DNA from: a virus
Taxonomy: Duplodnaviria; Caudoviricetes
Strand: one strand, 5' to 3'
IMG/VR virus record: IMGVR_UViG_3300012031_000010
Span: 6,511-70,510 of that record
Length of the DNA: 64,000 nt
Within the stretch, counting starts at the first letter, position 1; every line of letters starts with the position of its first letter. The notes beneath the pieces are model-generated. The model ran no database searches and was not told where the DNA came from. It saw only the letters and a list, made by a program, of their open reading frames with translations. This document shows, piece by piece, positions 10,513-18,381 of the stretch. A program made the position numbers and the translations under genes.

Positions 10513-11571
10513 ATGTTAGATGATTTAAAGTTTTGTTATGAAAGAAAATATCCAACTGCACCAAAACCAAAACATTGGACAGTAACTCGTGCAGTAGCTA
10601 TTCGTGGTAAATATTGGGATAGGGGTTACACATTAAAGATTAAGTTTTTAAATGGGGATAGTAATCAAATTAATTTGATGAAATCGGTGATAGAAGAAAT
10701 GACATCCCCTATATCATTGAAAGTGGAGTATGTGGAAGAAGGTAGTGATATTAGAATATCTTTCAATTATGGATATGGTTCATATTCATATCTTGGTACT
10801 GATGCCAGATTCATATCCGATGATGAAGAAACATTAAATATAGGTTGGTCGGGTGCATCCGTAATGAGGCATGAGTTCGGCCATGCTCTCAATCTATCAC
10901 ACGAACACCAGAATCCTAACGGTGGTATCAAGTGGAACGAAGAAAAGGTAATACAAGATCTTTCAGGACCACCGAACAATTGGGATGAACGAACAATACG
11001 ACATAATGTATTAAATCAATATGATTTATCACAAGTTGATGCAACGAAGTTCGATAAGGATTCGGTAATGTTATATTACTTTCCGAACGATTGGACAATT
11101 GGAGATTTTCAGACTAACGATAATGATTTCCTTAGTTCTACCGATAAACAATTTTTATTGGATGTGTACGGTGAATCAGTTGATACAATCGCTCCTGTAA
11201 TCACATTGAACGGTAATGATCAAATGGTATTGGAATATGGAGGATCTTATATTGAGCTTGGAGCAACCGCACTTGATAATAAGGATGGTGATATATCAGA
11301 TCGTATAATTGAAATAGGTAGTGTGGATACATTGGAATCGGGTATTCATCCGATACTATACTCGGTACACGATAGTGCTGGCAACCACACGGAGAAAGTT
11401 AGAAACGTCCTAGTACTAGAAGCTGAAATAGTTGAACCAGTAGAACCAGAAGTAGTCGAACCACCGTATGTGGATCCCACTGATAAAGAAGTGAACTCCA
11501 ACAAAGGATTGATTATCATATGTGCCGCAATTGTATTGATTTTAATAATGGGATATATTTTATTTAAATAA
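10513..11571 (+). CDS. Metzincin (astacin/M12-like) Zn protease with an Ig-like domain and a C-terminal membrane anchor
   Basis: HEFGHALNLSHEH zinc motif, Met-turn SVMLY, DTIAPVITLNG...GATALDNKDGDIS Ig-like repeat, hydrophobic C-terminal helix. Confidence 0.85.
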   Translation: MLDDLKFCYERKYPTAPKPKHWTVTRAVAIRGKYWDRGYTLKIKFLNGDSNQINLMKSVIEEMTSPISLKVEYVEEGSDIRISFNYGYGSYSYLGTDARFISDDEETLNIGWSGASVMRHEFGHALNLSHEHQNPNGGIKWNEEKVIQDLSGPPNNWDERTIRHNVLNQYDLSQVDATKFDKDSVMLYYFPNDWTIGDFQTNDNDFLSSTDKQFLLDVYGESVDTIAPVITLNGNDQMVLEYGGSYIELGATALDNKDGDISDRIIEIGSVDTLESGIHPILYSVHDSAGNHTEKVRNVLVLEAEIVEPVEPEVVEPPYVDPTDKEVNSNKGLIIICAAIVLILIMGYILFK

Positions 11572-11691
11572 ATTTTAACATTTAAAGTTTGGTATAACAA
11601 AACATTCTTTGTATATTTACTATGTAATAAATACTCATTCAACAGGTTGAAAAATGGGTGTAGTTTTTTATTAATTTAAATTAAAATTTCC

Positions 11692-12012
11692 ATGGAAAAT
11701 GTCGATACATTAAAACGAAAATTATCGGAAGAGTTAAAATTAAAATCACAGCAAGAAGATAATGATATTGTTTCTTTCGGTCTATTATGTAAAGCTTTAA
11801 GGGAATCAAGAAGTGAAAAATTTGTTGAAGGATGGTTACAACCTCTATCTTTAAGATATGAAGTAAAAAAAGACAATCATAAATATACTGTAGAAACAGA
11901 AAGTTATGGTACATTGGATTATTTTCCTAAAGCTAATAAACTACTCTTTAGAAAAAGTAACAGATGGATAAAACCAGGACTTAAATGGATTATCAACAAT
12001 CTTATGAATTAA
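11692..12012 (+). CDS. Hypothetical protein
   Basis: 106 aa ORF after a promoter and a palindromic element. Confidence 0.7.
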   Translation: MENVDTLKRKLSEELKLKSQQEDNDIVSFGLLCKALRESRSEKFVEGWLQPLSLRYEVKKDNHKYTVETESYGTLDYFPKANKLLFRKSNRWIKPGLKWIINNLMN

Positions 12013-12189
12013 CACAAAAAGAGAACTGAAACCGACCAGCTCAAATATTAGAAGATAGAATATAAATTGTGATGTGTAAACAAAAGAAAACATTTTTTAA
12101 TGTAGTATAATGAATACGAAACATATTATATCTATCACACTACATTCAACAGGTTGAAAAATGGATGTAGTTTTATTAAAAATAAAATT

Positions 12190-12320
12190 ATGCAAGAATG
12201 GAAAAAGATTAAAAATTATCCTAATTACAACAGCTAATATAGATGGTGTGTAATTTATGAACAACATTCAATATTCAGTGAAACAAACACATACGGAACT
12301 TGTCAATGTTCATAATATAA
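12190..12320 (+). pseudogene. Remnant of a NUMOD4-type homing endonuclease
   Basis: MQEWKKIKNYPNY (NUMOD4-like start) followed by an early stop. Confidence 0.45.
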
Positions 12321-12322
12321 AT

Positions 12323-12436
12323 TAAGAATAGGAGAGAGGTACACTCCCTACCCCAAGTGTGTAGAGAAAGTATGGGTTCGAATCCCATCGACTGAATGGT
12401 TCGGTTAGTTCGTTGGTTCGAATCCAACATTCTTAA
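12323..12436 (+). ncRNA. tRNA-like RNA with two T-arms
   Basis: Acceptor TAAGAAT/ATTCTTA, D-like arm, CTAC/GTAG arm, and two GGTTCGAATCC T-loop hairpins. Confidence 0.55.
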
Positions 12437-13034
12437 CAAAACTTTAACATATTAAATTAGTAATTGTAAGATAGAAATCGTATATTTACAATGTTGGTTT
12501 TAAGGGGGGTATCTATGTGAAAGTGGTGCTACCATAAAGATGTGGTTTAATACCGTGAGGGTTATTATCTTCTTAAATTCATTAATAAGTTTTAGTTCAT
12601 TGAAATTACATAATAGTTGAGAGGTGAGAACTGGTGGAATACCAATCGTTCCGAGCCAAGGAGAATCGTAAAATTCGAAAAAACTAATCAATTAAATAAT
12701 ATATCCAAAAATGGTGGAATACCAATTACTCCTAGCCTATGGAGGTTGTAAAATTCAATAAAGATATATTTAGTGTAATTTCTTTGACAAAACTTTAACA
12801 TATTAAATTAGGATTTAATAAATAGAAATCGTATATTTACAATGTTGTTTTAGGAAAGAGTAATAACTAAAGATTTGAACGCGGGGTTTAAACGGCCGGC
12901 TGATATGGTTTGGATTATTCGGAAAAGAGATAACTTTTCAATCCTAAAATAAAAAATATTATTATTTTTTTACGTTTTTATAAAAATCGTATATATATAT
13001 AAGAACAACGGAAGAAGTTCCAACAAAATTAAAA

Positions 13035-13208
13035 ATGAAAACACAAGTACAACATATAACGAATCATCAACCAAACGGAAAGGGTAACCTTCAACCGATG
13101 GGCCGCGATTTCTTATCCAATGGTGTAATTGTATGGAATATTAAAAATTCGGCCGGAACACGTTTTGAGGATTATAGTAATAAAATAACTGGGAAGTATA
13201 TGTGTTGA
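13035..13208 (+). CDS. Putative leader peptide (57 aa) upstream of the tRNA array
   Basis: MKTQVQHITNHQPNGKG...KYMC, followed within 30 nt by a terminator. Confidence 0.55.
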   Translation: MKTQVQHITNHQPNGKGNLQPMGRDFLSNGVIVWNIKNSAGTRFEDYSNKITGKYMC

Positions 13209-13233
13209 AAAACAACGTATCGAAAATAAAACT

Positions 13234-13272
13234 AAACCCAGTTTCCCAAAAAGAAATTGGGTTTTTTGTTTT
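13234..13272 (+). terminator. Intrinsic terminator/attenuator immediately before the first tRNA
   Basis: AAACCCAGTTTC / GAAATTGGGTTT stem plus T-tract. Confidence 0.85.
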
Positions 13273-13281
13273 TAGTGATTT

Positions 13282-13353
13282 GCGAGTAAAGCATAAAAGG
13301 TGATGTACCAGACTTCCAATCTGGATAAGAGGGTTCGACTCCCTCTACTCGCT
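13282..13353 (+). tRNA. tRNA-Gly(TCC)
   Basis: Cloverleaf GCGAGTA/TACTCGC, anticodon loop CT-TCC-AA, U73. Confidence 0.93.
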
Positions 13354-13434
13354 CTAAATATAATTAACAAAATTTTAACAAATTAAATTTTGATATTAAA
13401 AAAAGTTATTGTATTTTTGTTGTATATTAAACAT

Positions 13435-13510
13435 GGTGTTTATAGTGTTAGTGGTTAGCACGACAGAATGTGAATCTGTAAGGTTGAGTTCGAATCTCAA
13501 TAATCACCCA
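13435..13510 (+). tRNA. tRNA-His(GTG)
   Basis: G-1 extended acceptor, loop AT-GTG-AA, TTCGAAT T-loop. Confidence 0.9.
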
Positions 13511-13522
13511 AGAATTATTTTA

Positions 13523-13534
13523 GTTCATTGACAT
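13523..13534 (+). promoter_or_regulatory. boxA-like antitermination element GTTCATTGACAT; related copies GTTCATTGAAAT at 12595 and 24049
   Basis: Resembles the rRNA-operon boxA family (GYTCTTTRAMA-like); copies sit near the 5' part of long RNA transcription units. Confidence 0.55.
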
Positions 13535-13603
13535 TTTGGATAAGTAAAAATTAAAAACAAAAATCCTACTTTGGTAATATACCAAACACTAAAGTAGGTA
13601 CAT

Positions 13604-13691
13604 GGAGAAGTAAGCCAAGTCGGTCTACGGGTCGCTGTCTTGAAAACAGTTGGTGTGAAAGCACGTGAGGGTTCGAGTCCCTCCTTCTCCG
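13604..13691 (+). tRNA. tRNA-Ser(TGA)
   Basis: GGAGAAG/CTTCTCC, CT-TGA-AA, long variable arm, G73. Confidence 0.93.
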
Positions 13692-13708
13692 CTTTACTTA
13701 AAATATAA

Positions 13709-13781
13709 TCCTCCGTAGCTCAGAGGTCAGAGCAAAATCCTGTTAAGATTGAGGTCGGGATATCGTAATTCCCCGGAGGAG
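13709..13781 (+). tRNA. tRNA-Asn(GTT), atypical T-loop ATCGTAA
   Basis: TCCTCCG/CGGAGGA, CT-GTT-AA, G73. Confidence 0.88.
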
Positions 13782-13977
13782 CTACATTAATTTAAACCTT
13801 TTTATTTTTAGCTTATATTTATACATAAGGTTAATAAAGAGGTTCAAATTATGTTGATGATAACGGAGATTATCATTATCAATTAGAATTAGAAAACGGT
13901 AACCTTCACACGGTTAAAAAAGAATTAGGAGATTATCTATACAAGTTGGAAAGACAACTAATAGAAAAATAATATTT

Positions 13978-14049
13978 TACCTCATGGTGTAATTGGTAAC
14001 ACATTTGGTTTTGGTCCAAACGTTGTAGGTTCGAATCCTACCGTATCAG
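13978..14049 (+). pseudogene. tRNA-Gln(TTG) pseudogene with an unpaired acceptor stem
   Basis: D, anticodon and T arms are intact, but 5' TACCTCA cannot pair with 3' CGTATCA. Confidence 0.65.
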
Positions 14050-14114
14050 TAATTTGAAAACAAATGTTTAATCGGTTATTCACTATATTTTGTGTTAACA
14101 TTAGTTAATTAATT

Positions 14115-14357
14115 ATGAAACTAGCAATAGAAATTTGGGACAAACACATTGATGTATTTATGCACTTTGATTTGGTTTGTCATAACGGAAGTTCATTAGA
14201 AGATGAAACAAGAAGTAACGCACTATTTAACGCCCTTGTTACTTTAGATACTATGTATAAATGGAATGAATTTCAATTAGAAAAAATACAAGATGCAATT
14301 GAGTACTTAAAGGGTAGTAAGTATTATTCTGATGCAAATAAAAGTAGCACTTACTAA
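14115..14357 (+). CDS. Hypothetical protein
   Basis: 80 aa ORF after a promoter-like sequence. Confidence 0.6.
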   Translation: MKLAIEIWDKHIDVFMHFDLVCHNGSSLEDETRSNALFNALVTLDTMYKWNEFQLEKIQDAIEYLKGSKYYSDANKSSTY

Positions 14358-14643
14358 TTAATTAACAATGATTCGAAAACTTAAATAGTATATAGATGTG
14401 GTTTGTTTAGCGAAAGATTCCGTGGGTTCGACCCCACCTTTCCCTCAATTAAGATGTTAACTATGAACGTCCATTATATGTAACCAGCTGATAAACATAT
14501 AGTGGTGAGTTAAAATAAACGTTCTGTAACTCGGTGTACAGATAATGCCTGAATGACGTATATAGGTGGATATATGTTCTTTACCGTGGCGTATACCACG
14601 TTGTAAAATTGAACATACGTTTGACATTGGGAAAGACTAAAAT

Positions 14644-14716
14644 GGACTAGAGGTGTTGATGGTAACATACCGCACTGTCACTGCGAAGATTGAGGGTTCG
14701 ACTCCCTTGTGGTCCG
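14644..14716 (+). tRNA. tRNA-Asp(GTC)
   Basis: Loop CT-GTC-AC, G73, TTCGACT T-loop. Confidence 0.88.
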
Positions 14717-14929
14717 CGTTTAAACTTATTCTTGACCTACCAGCGTGTAATAGAGATAGGGGGAATCCGATAGTTTAATATCCATCCCTGAAATAGAACA
14801 CCTCACGGGGACACGGGAGGAGATGTTAATGATTGTGGTAAATTAACGAGGATTCTAAGTTATATTAATGGTCGGTAACAAAAGATGTTACCGTAATAGT
14901 GGCAGACACTCCATATCCATTAATCATTT

Positions 14930-15001
14930 TGTCTGTTAGTGTAGTGGTTAACACACAAGGTTTTGATCCTTGTATCGGGAGTTCGAATCTCTCACAGATA
15001 A
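14930..15001 (+). tRNA. tRNA-Gln(TTG)
   Basis: TGTCTGT/ACAGATA, TT-TTG-AT loop. Confidence 0.85.
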
Positions 15002-15019
15002 CTAAATTAGTCTTTAAAA

Positions 15020-15098
15020 CTAGATGCTTGGGCAGATGGCTGAACCCGCCTCACTTGGAATGAGGAGTATTTCGTGAGTTCGAATCTCACCATCTAGA
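15020..15098 (+). tRNA. tRNA-Pro(TGG)
   Basis: CTAGATG/CATCTAG, CT-TGG-AA loop. Confidence 0.85.
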
Positions 15099-15192
15099 CT
15101 TTTGGTTGTTAAACAACCCAAATTATTAGTTCATATGTAATTTTAACACTTTTTATTTGGTAGTATGGAATATTTTTTGTATATTGGTAGTT

Positions 15193-15836
15193 ATGGACGT
15201 AGTATGTAAAACGTGTAAAATAAAACACAATGGTAAATATGGATCTGGTATATATTGTTCAAAGGGATGTGCTAACACCAGATCACATTCAACCAAAACT
15301 AGAGAAAAAATATCAAAAGCTGTTAAATATCATATAAATAGTGGAGGTAATACCGGTGGGGACATGTAAAGGAAAAATTAACGATTGAAGAATATGAAGA
15401 TTGGTTAGAATCAAAACGTATTAAATCCGAAAGTATATTATTAAACACTCCATTTGATCAAATTAGTATATATTCTATGAAGAGAAGAATATTATTAGAG
15501 CAAAAAAATAAATGTAATAAATGTGGTGTAATTAAATGGAATGGCGTTGATTTGTCGTTAGAATTAGATCATAAAAATTGAATAAATACTGATAATAATC
15601 GTGATAATTTAGAATGTCTTTGTCCCAATTGCCATTCACTAACACCAACTTGGAGGGGACGAAATAAAAAGAACACAAGTATTAGGAACACGATTACAGA
15701 TGAAACTATATGTAGGACATTTCTACAAAGTGATAATATCAGACAAACTTTATTAAAACATAATATGTCCGCTAAAGGTAATAATTACAACAGGGTAAAA
15801 AGAGCTCTATCGGTAAATAATATAGAATATAAATAA
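15193..15836 (+). pseudogene. HNH homing endonuclease pseudogene (frameshift plus internal TGA)
   Basis: N-terminal CKTC...YCSKGC. Frameshift near the G-run at about 15358, then KCNKCG...LELDHKN*INTDNNRDNLECLCPNCHS, with a stop where Gly is expected. Confidence 0.85.
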
Positions 15837-15839
15837 TAT

Positions 15840-15911
15840 ACCTTCGTAGCTCAGAGGCAGAGCACTCCGCTTTTAACGGAGGAGTCGAGATTTCAAAATT
15901 CTCCGGGGGTA
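15840..15911 (+). tRNA. tRNA-Lys(TTT), T-loop TTCAAAA
   Basis: ACCTTCG/CGGGGGT, CT-TTT-AA. Confidence 0.88.
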
Positions 15912-15951
15912 CAAAGTTTGTGGTTGCAGACTCGGGTTCTTAATTACCCTT

Positions 15952-16022
15952 TGATATTTCGTCTAATTGGATAGGACATTGGCTGTCGGCCGAAGCAATA
16001 AGTTCGAATCTTATAATATTAA
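15952..16022 (+). tRNA. Degenerate tRNA, apparent anticodon GTC
   Basis: AT-rich acceptor TGATATT/AATATTA, D-arm, TTCGAAT T-arm, loop CT-GTC-GG. Confidence 0.45.
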
Positions 16023-16034
16023 AAAAAATTAAAT

Positions 16035-16106
16035 GGGTGTATAGTAGAACGGTTAGCACAATTGACTGATACTCAATTAATTCAGGTTCGAATCCTGATA
16101 CACCCA
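16035..16106 (+). tRNA. tRNA-Ile(GAT)
   Basis: GGGTGTA/TACACCC, CT-GAT-AC. Confidence 0.9.
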
Positions 16107-16155
16107 CTATACTAAGTTAATACTATAATCGTTATAGATGTATGAAGTATAAATT

Positions 16156-16244
16156 GCCGTTATTGGGTAGGTGGTGAACCCCGGAGACTGTAAATCTCTC
16201 GCAATATCAATAAGACTTTGTAGGTTCGATTCCTACTGGCGGCA
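16156..16244 (+). tRNA. tRNA-Tyr(GTA)
   Basis: GCCGTTA/TGGCGGC, CT-GTA-AA, long variable region. Confidence 0.88.
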
Positions 16245-16260
16245 CAAAAATAATTAAAAC

Positions 16261-16334
16261 GCCCCTATGATGGAATTGGTAGACGTGACTGGCTTAGACC
16301 CAGTATTTTGTAGGTTCGAATCCTACTAGGGGTA
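16261..16334 (+). tRNA. tRNA-Leu(TAG) with a short variable loop
   Basis: GCCCCTA/TAGGGGT, Leu-type D-loop GGAATTGGTAGAC, CT-TAG-AC; no long arm. Confidence 0.85.
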
Positions 16335-16434
16335 CAAATATTTGTATTAGAAGTAATATCTTAATTGATATTAAATTTATTTTTTATTATGGGGGTGAAG
16401 CTCTAATAGGACGAGCATTTCCTTTTTACTAATT

Positions 16435-16507
16435 GGCCTGATAGTTTAGCTGACTAAAATACTTGTCTTGCACACAAGAGACCCGGGTTTGAGGCCCGGT
16501 CGGACCA
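16435..16507 (+). tRNA. tRNA with a TGC (Ala) anticodon but no G3:U70 pair
   Basis: GGCCTGA/TCGGACC gives C3:A70; loop CT-TGC-AC; T-loop TTTGAGG. Confidence 0.65.
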
Positions 16508-16714
16508 CTACAATGTTTGAATCCAATTTACATTACTTCCATTTTTTTAATTAATTTATTGAAGATTTAGCTGTTAAGAATATGATATATAACATATAAA
16601 ATATAGTCACTTCCACTATTATACCCTAAAGGGTATATGTTTTCATCTAGGATTTTATTTCATCAAAGTAATTACCTAAAGATGATACTCCGATATACAG
16701 AATCGGATTTTTAT

Positions 16715-16794
16715 ACCTACGTGGCGAAACTGGTAAACGCATCATCCTTAAACGGTGACACTTCGGTTTGTGGGTTCGACTCCCATCGTGGGTA
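16715..16794 (+). tRNA. tRNA-Leu(TAA)
   Basis: ACCTACG/CGTGGGT, CT-TAA-AC, variable arm. Confidence 0.88.
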
Positions 16795-16801
16795 CAAATA
16801 T

Positions 16802-16875
16802 TCTCCTTACGCATAAGAGGTGGTGCACCAGATTTGTAACCTGGAACAGAGTCGGTTCGATCCCGACAAGGAGAT
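16802..16875 (+). tRNA. tRNA-Thr(TGT)
   Basis: TCTCCTT/AAGGAGA, TT-TGT-AA. Confidence 0.85.
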
Positions 16876-16894
16876 CAAATTTCAATTATCAATT

Positions 16895-16968
16895 GCTCTT
16901 TGTAGTTCAGTGGGTGGAACATTTCATTGGTAGTGAAAAGGTCGTGGGTTCGAATCCCACCAAGAGCT
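16895..16968 (+). tRNA. tRNA-Thr(GGT)
   Basis: GCTCTTT...AAGAGC, TT-GGT-AG. Confidence 0.85.
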
Positions 16969-17284
16969 CTAAAATATTATTAACAAATATTTAACACTTT
17001 ATTATTTGTATTATAAAAATAAATTACTATATTTGTATGTAATAATTAAAGAGATAGAAATTATGAGAGATAACGTATATTTTAGATGGTTTTTAAAAAG
17101 TCTAAGACCAGATCAATTAAAGGATTATAATTCATATTCCATAAACGGTCAACAAACTTGGTATATATCATTCTTAGAATCAAACTTTTCAAAAAATTAA
17201 GTTTGTACGTAAAACGATAGTTAAACTTTAACATATTAAATTAGGATATTAGAAATATTATCCGTATATTTACCAAGTACAAAT

Positions 17285-17357
17285 CGTCCTCTAGCTTAAT
17301 TGGTAGAGCACCATACTCATAATATGGGGGATAAGGGTTCAACTCCCTTGGGGACAA
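17285..17357 (+). tRNA. tRNA-Met/Ile2(CAT)
   Basis: CT-CAT-AA loop, C1:A72 mismatch, no three G-C anticodon pairs. Confidence 0.8.
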
Positions 17358-17440
17358 CTTTTTTAACATTTATTTAACATATTAAAATTTGATTTGTAAA
17401 ATTAAAATTGTATATTTACAATGTTATAAAAAAATACAAT

Positions 17441-17512
17441 GTTGCTATAGTGAAGTGGTTATCACGTCTCACTTTCTATGAGGAGTCTGGGGTTCGAATC
17501 CCCATAGCAATA
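17441..17512 (+). tRNA. tRNA-Glu(TTC)
   Basis: GTTGCTA/TAGCAAT, CT-TTC-TA. Confidence 0.88.
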
Positions 17513-17531
17513 CAATAATATATAATTTATA

Positions 17532-17729
17532 ATGGTCAATTGTGAAAATTGTAATGAGATAATTGCTATAAATTATGCATCTGGTAGATTTTGCTCTAAG
17601 AGGTGTACAAAATCATTTTCTACGAAATCAGGTAGACAGTCAATTAACACTAAGATTAGTGAATCAATTAAATCTAAATTAATGGATGGTGATCAAATTG
17701 GATTCTGGAAAGGCGGTTTCGAACTATAG
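17532..17729 (+). pseudogene. Truncated N-terminal fragment of an HNH endonuclease like the one at 15193
   Basis: CENC...ASGRFCSKRC motif parallels CKTC...GSGIYCSKGC; no HNH domain follows. Confidence 0.55.
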
Positions 17730-17784
17730 TAAAAGTAAATCTAAAGATTAATTACCTTTAGTATGAGTTGTTCGAACAACTCGA

Positions 17785-17882
17785 TTATATATGGTGTACG
17801 GTGCACTCCACAAAGTTAGTATGTTGATGAAATCAACTGAAACCGGCGAGGTAGATTTAGGTTCAATTCCTTTTTATATAAC
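17785..17882 (+). ncRNA. tRNA-like RNA with an expanded anticodon region
   Basis: TTATATA/TATATAA acceptor, GTGT/GCAC D-arm, AGG-TTCAATT-CCT T-arm, internal GTTGAT-GAA-ATCAAC hairpin. Confidence 0.4.
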
Positions 17883-17983
17883 TAAGAATGAGAGTGAACG
17901 GTTTAGGATGGACGGCAATCCATTGGAACTTGAAACTAATTCCTTTATCAATTTAGTTTTTGCCGAAATTAATTATTGATATT

Positions 17984-18055
17984 GCTCTTGTGGACAAACT
18001 GGAAAGTCGCTGGTTGCTGAGACCGGAGATATGGGTTCGACTCCCACCAAGGGGA
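17984..18055 (+). tRNA. tRNA-Gln(CTG)-like (G33, 1:72 mismatch)
   Basis: CTGGT/ACCGG stem with loop TG-CTG-AG; TTCGACT T-loop. Confidence 0.6.
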
Positions 18056-18068
18056 CTAAATAATAAAT

Positions 18069-18160
18069 CGCGAGTTGGAGAAGTTTGGTATCTCACCTGT
18101 CTCATAAGCACGGAGTCCGCTAATTACGGTATAACGGGGGTTCGAATCCCTCACTCGCTA
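18069..18160 (+). tRNA. Initiator-like tRNA(CAT) with a long variable region
   Basis: CGCGAGT/ACTCGCT (C1:U72), TGGAGAAG D-arm start, CT-CAT-AA, about 22 nt variable region. Confidence 0.75.
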
Positions 18161-18180
18161 CAATAGTTTTTAAAATATAT

Positions 18181-18253
18181 CGCGGGGTAGTTCAGTTGGT
18201 AGAACGTCGGGATTATAACCCGAAGGTCGCTGGTTCGATTCCAGTCCCCGATA
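18181..18253 (+). tRNA. tRNA with a TAT anticodon on an fMet-like body
   Basis: 5' CGCGGGG, anticodon stem TCGGG/CCCGA, loop AT-TAT-AA. Confidence 0.8.
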
Positions 18254-18293
18254 CAAGTTCCATTACGAATAATGGAAATTAATTTTAAAAAAC

Positions 18294-18366
18294 GCGGGAG
18301 TAGCTCAGTTGGTAGAGCGCTAGATTGAAGCTCTAGAGGTCGAGGGTTCGAACCCCTCCTGCCGCA
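18294..18366 (+). tRNA. tRNA-Phe(GAA)
   Basis: TAGCTCAGTTGGTAGAGC D-arm, TT-GAA-GC. Confidence 0.9.
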
Positions 18367-18381
18367 CAAAAATTTATAAAA

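Noticed and set aside
12632-12757. Possible CRISPR repeats
   Set aside because: Only two divergent copies with internal structure, no regular spacers and no cas genes. The 9-bp repeat at 9401 is coding.
14398-16430. 3' tRNA half at 14398-14446 and 5' tRNA half at 16391-16430 as a trans-spliced split tRNA
   Set aside because: Acceptor pairing is weak (several G:U pairs and a U:U) and there are no complementary leader sequences. More likely independent remnants.
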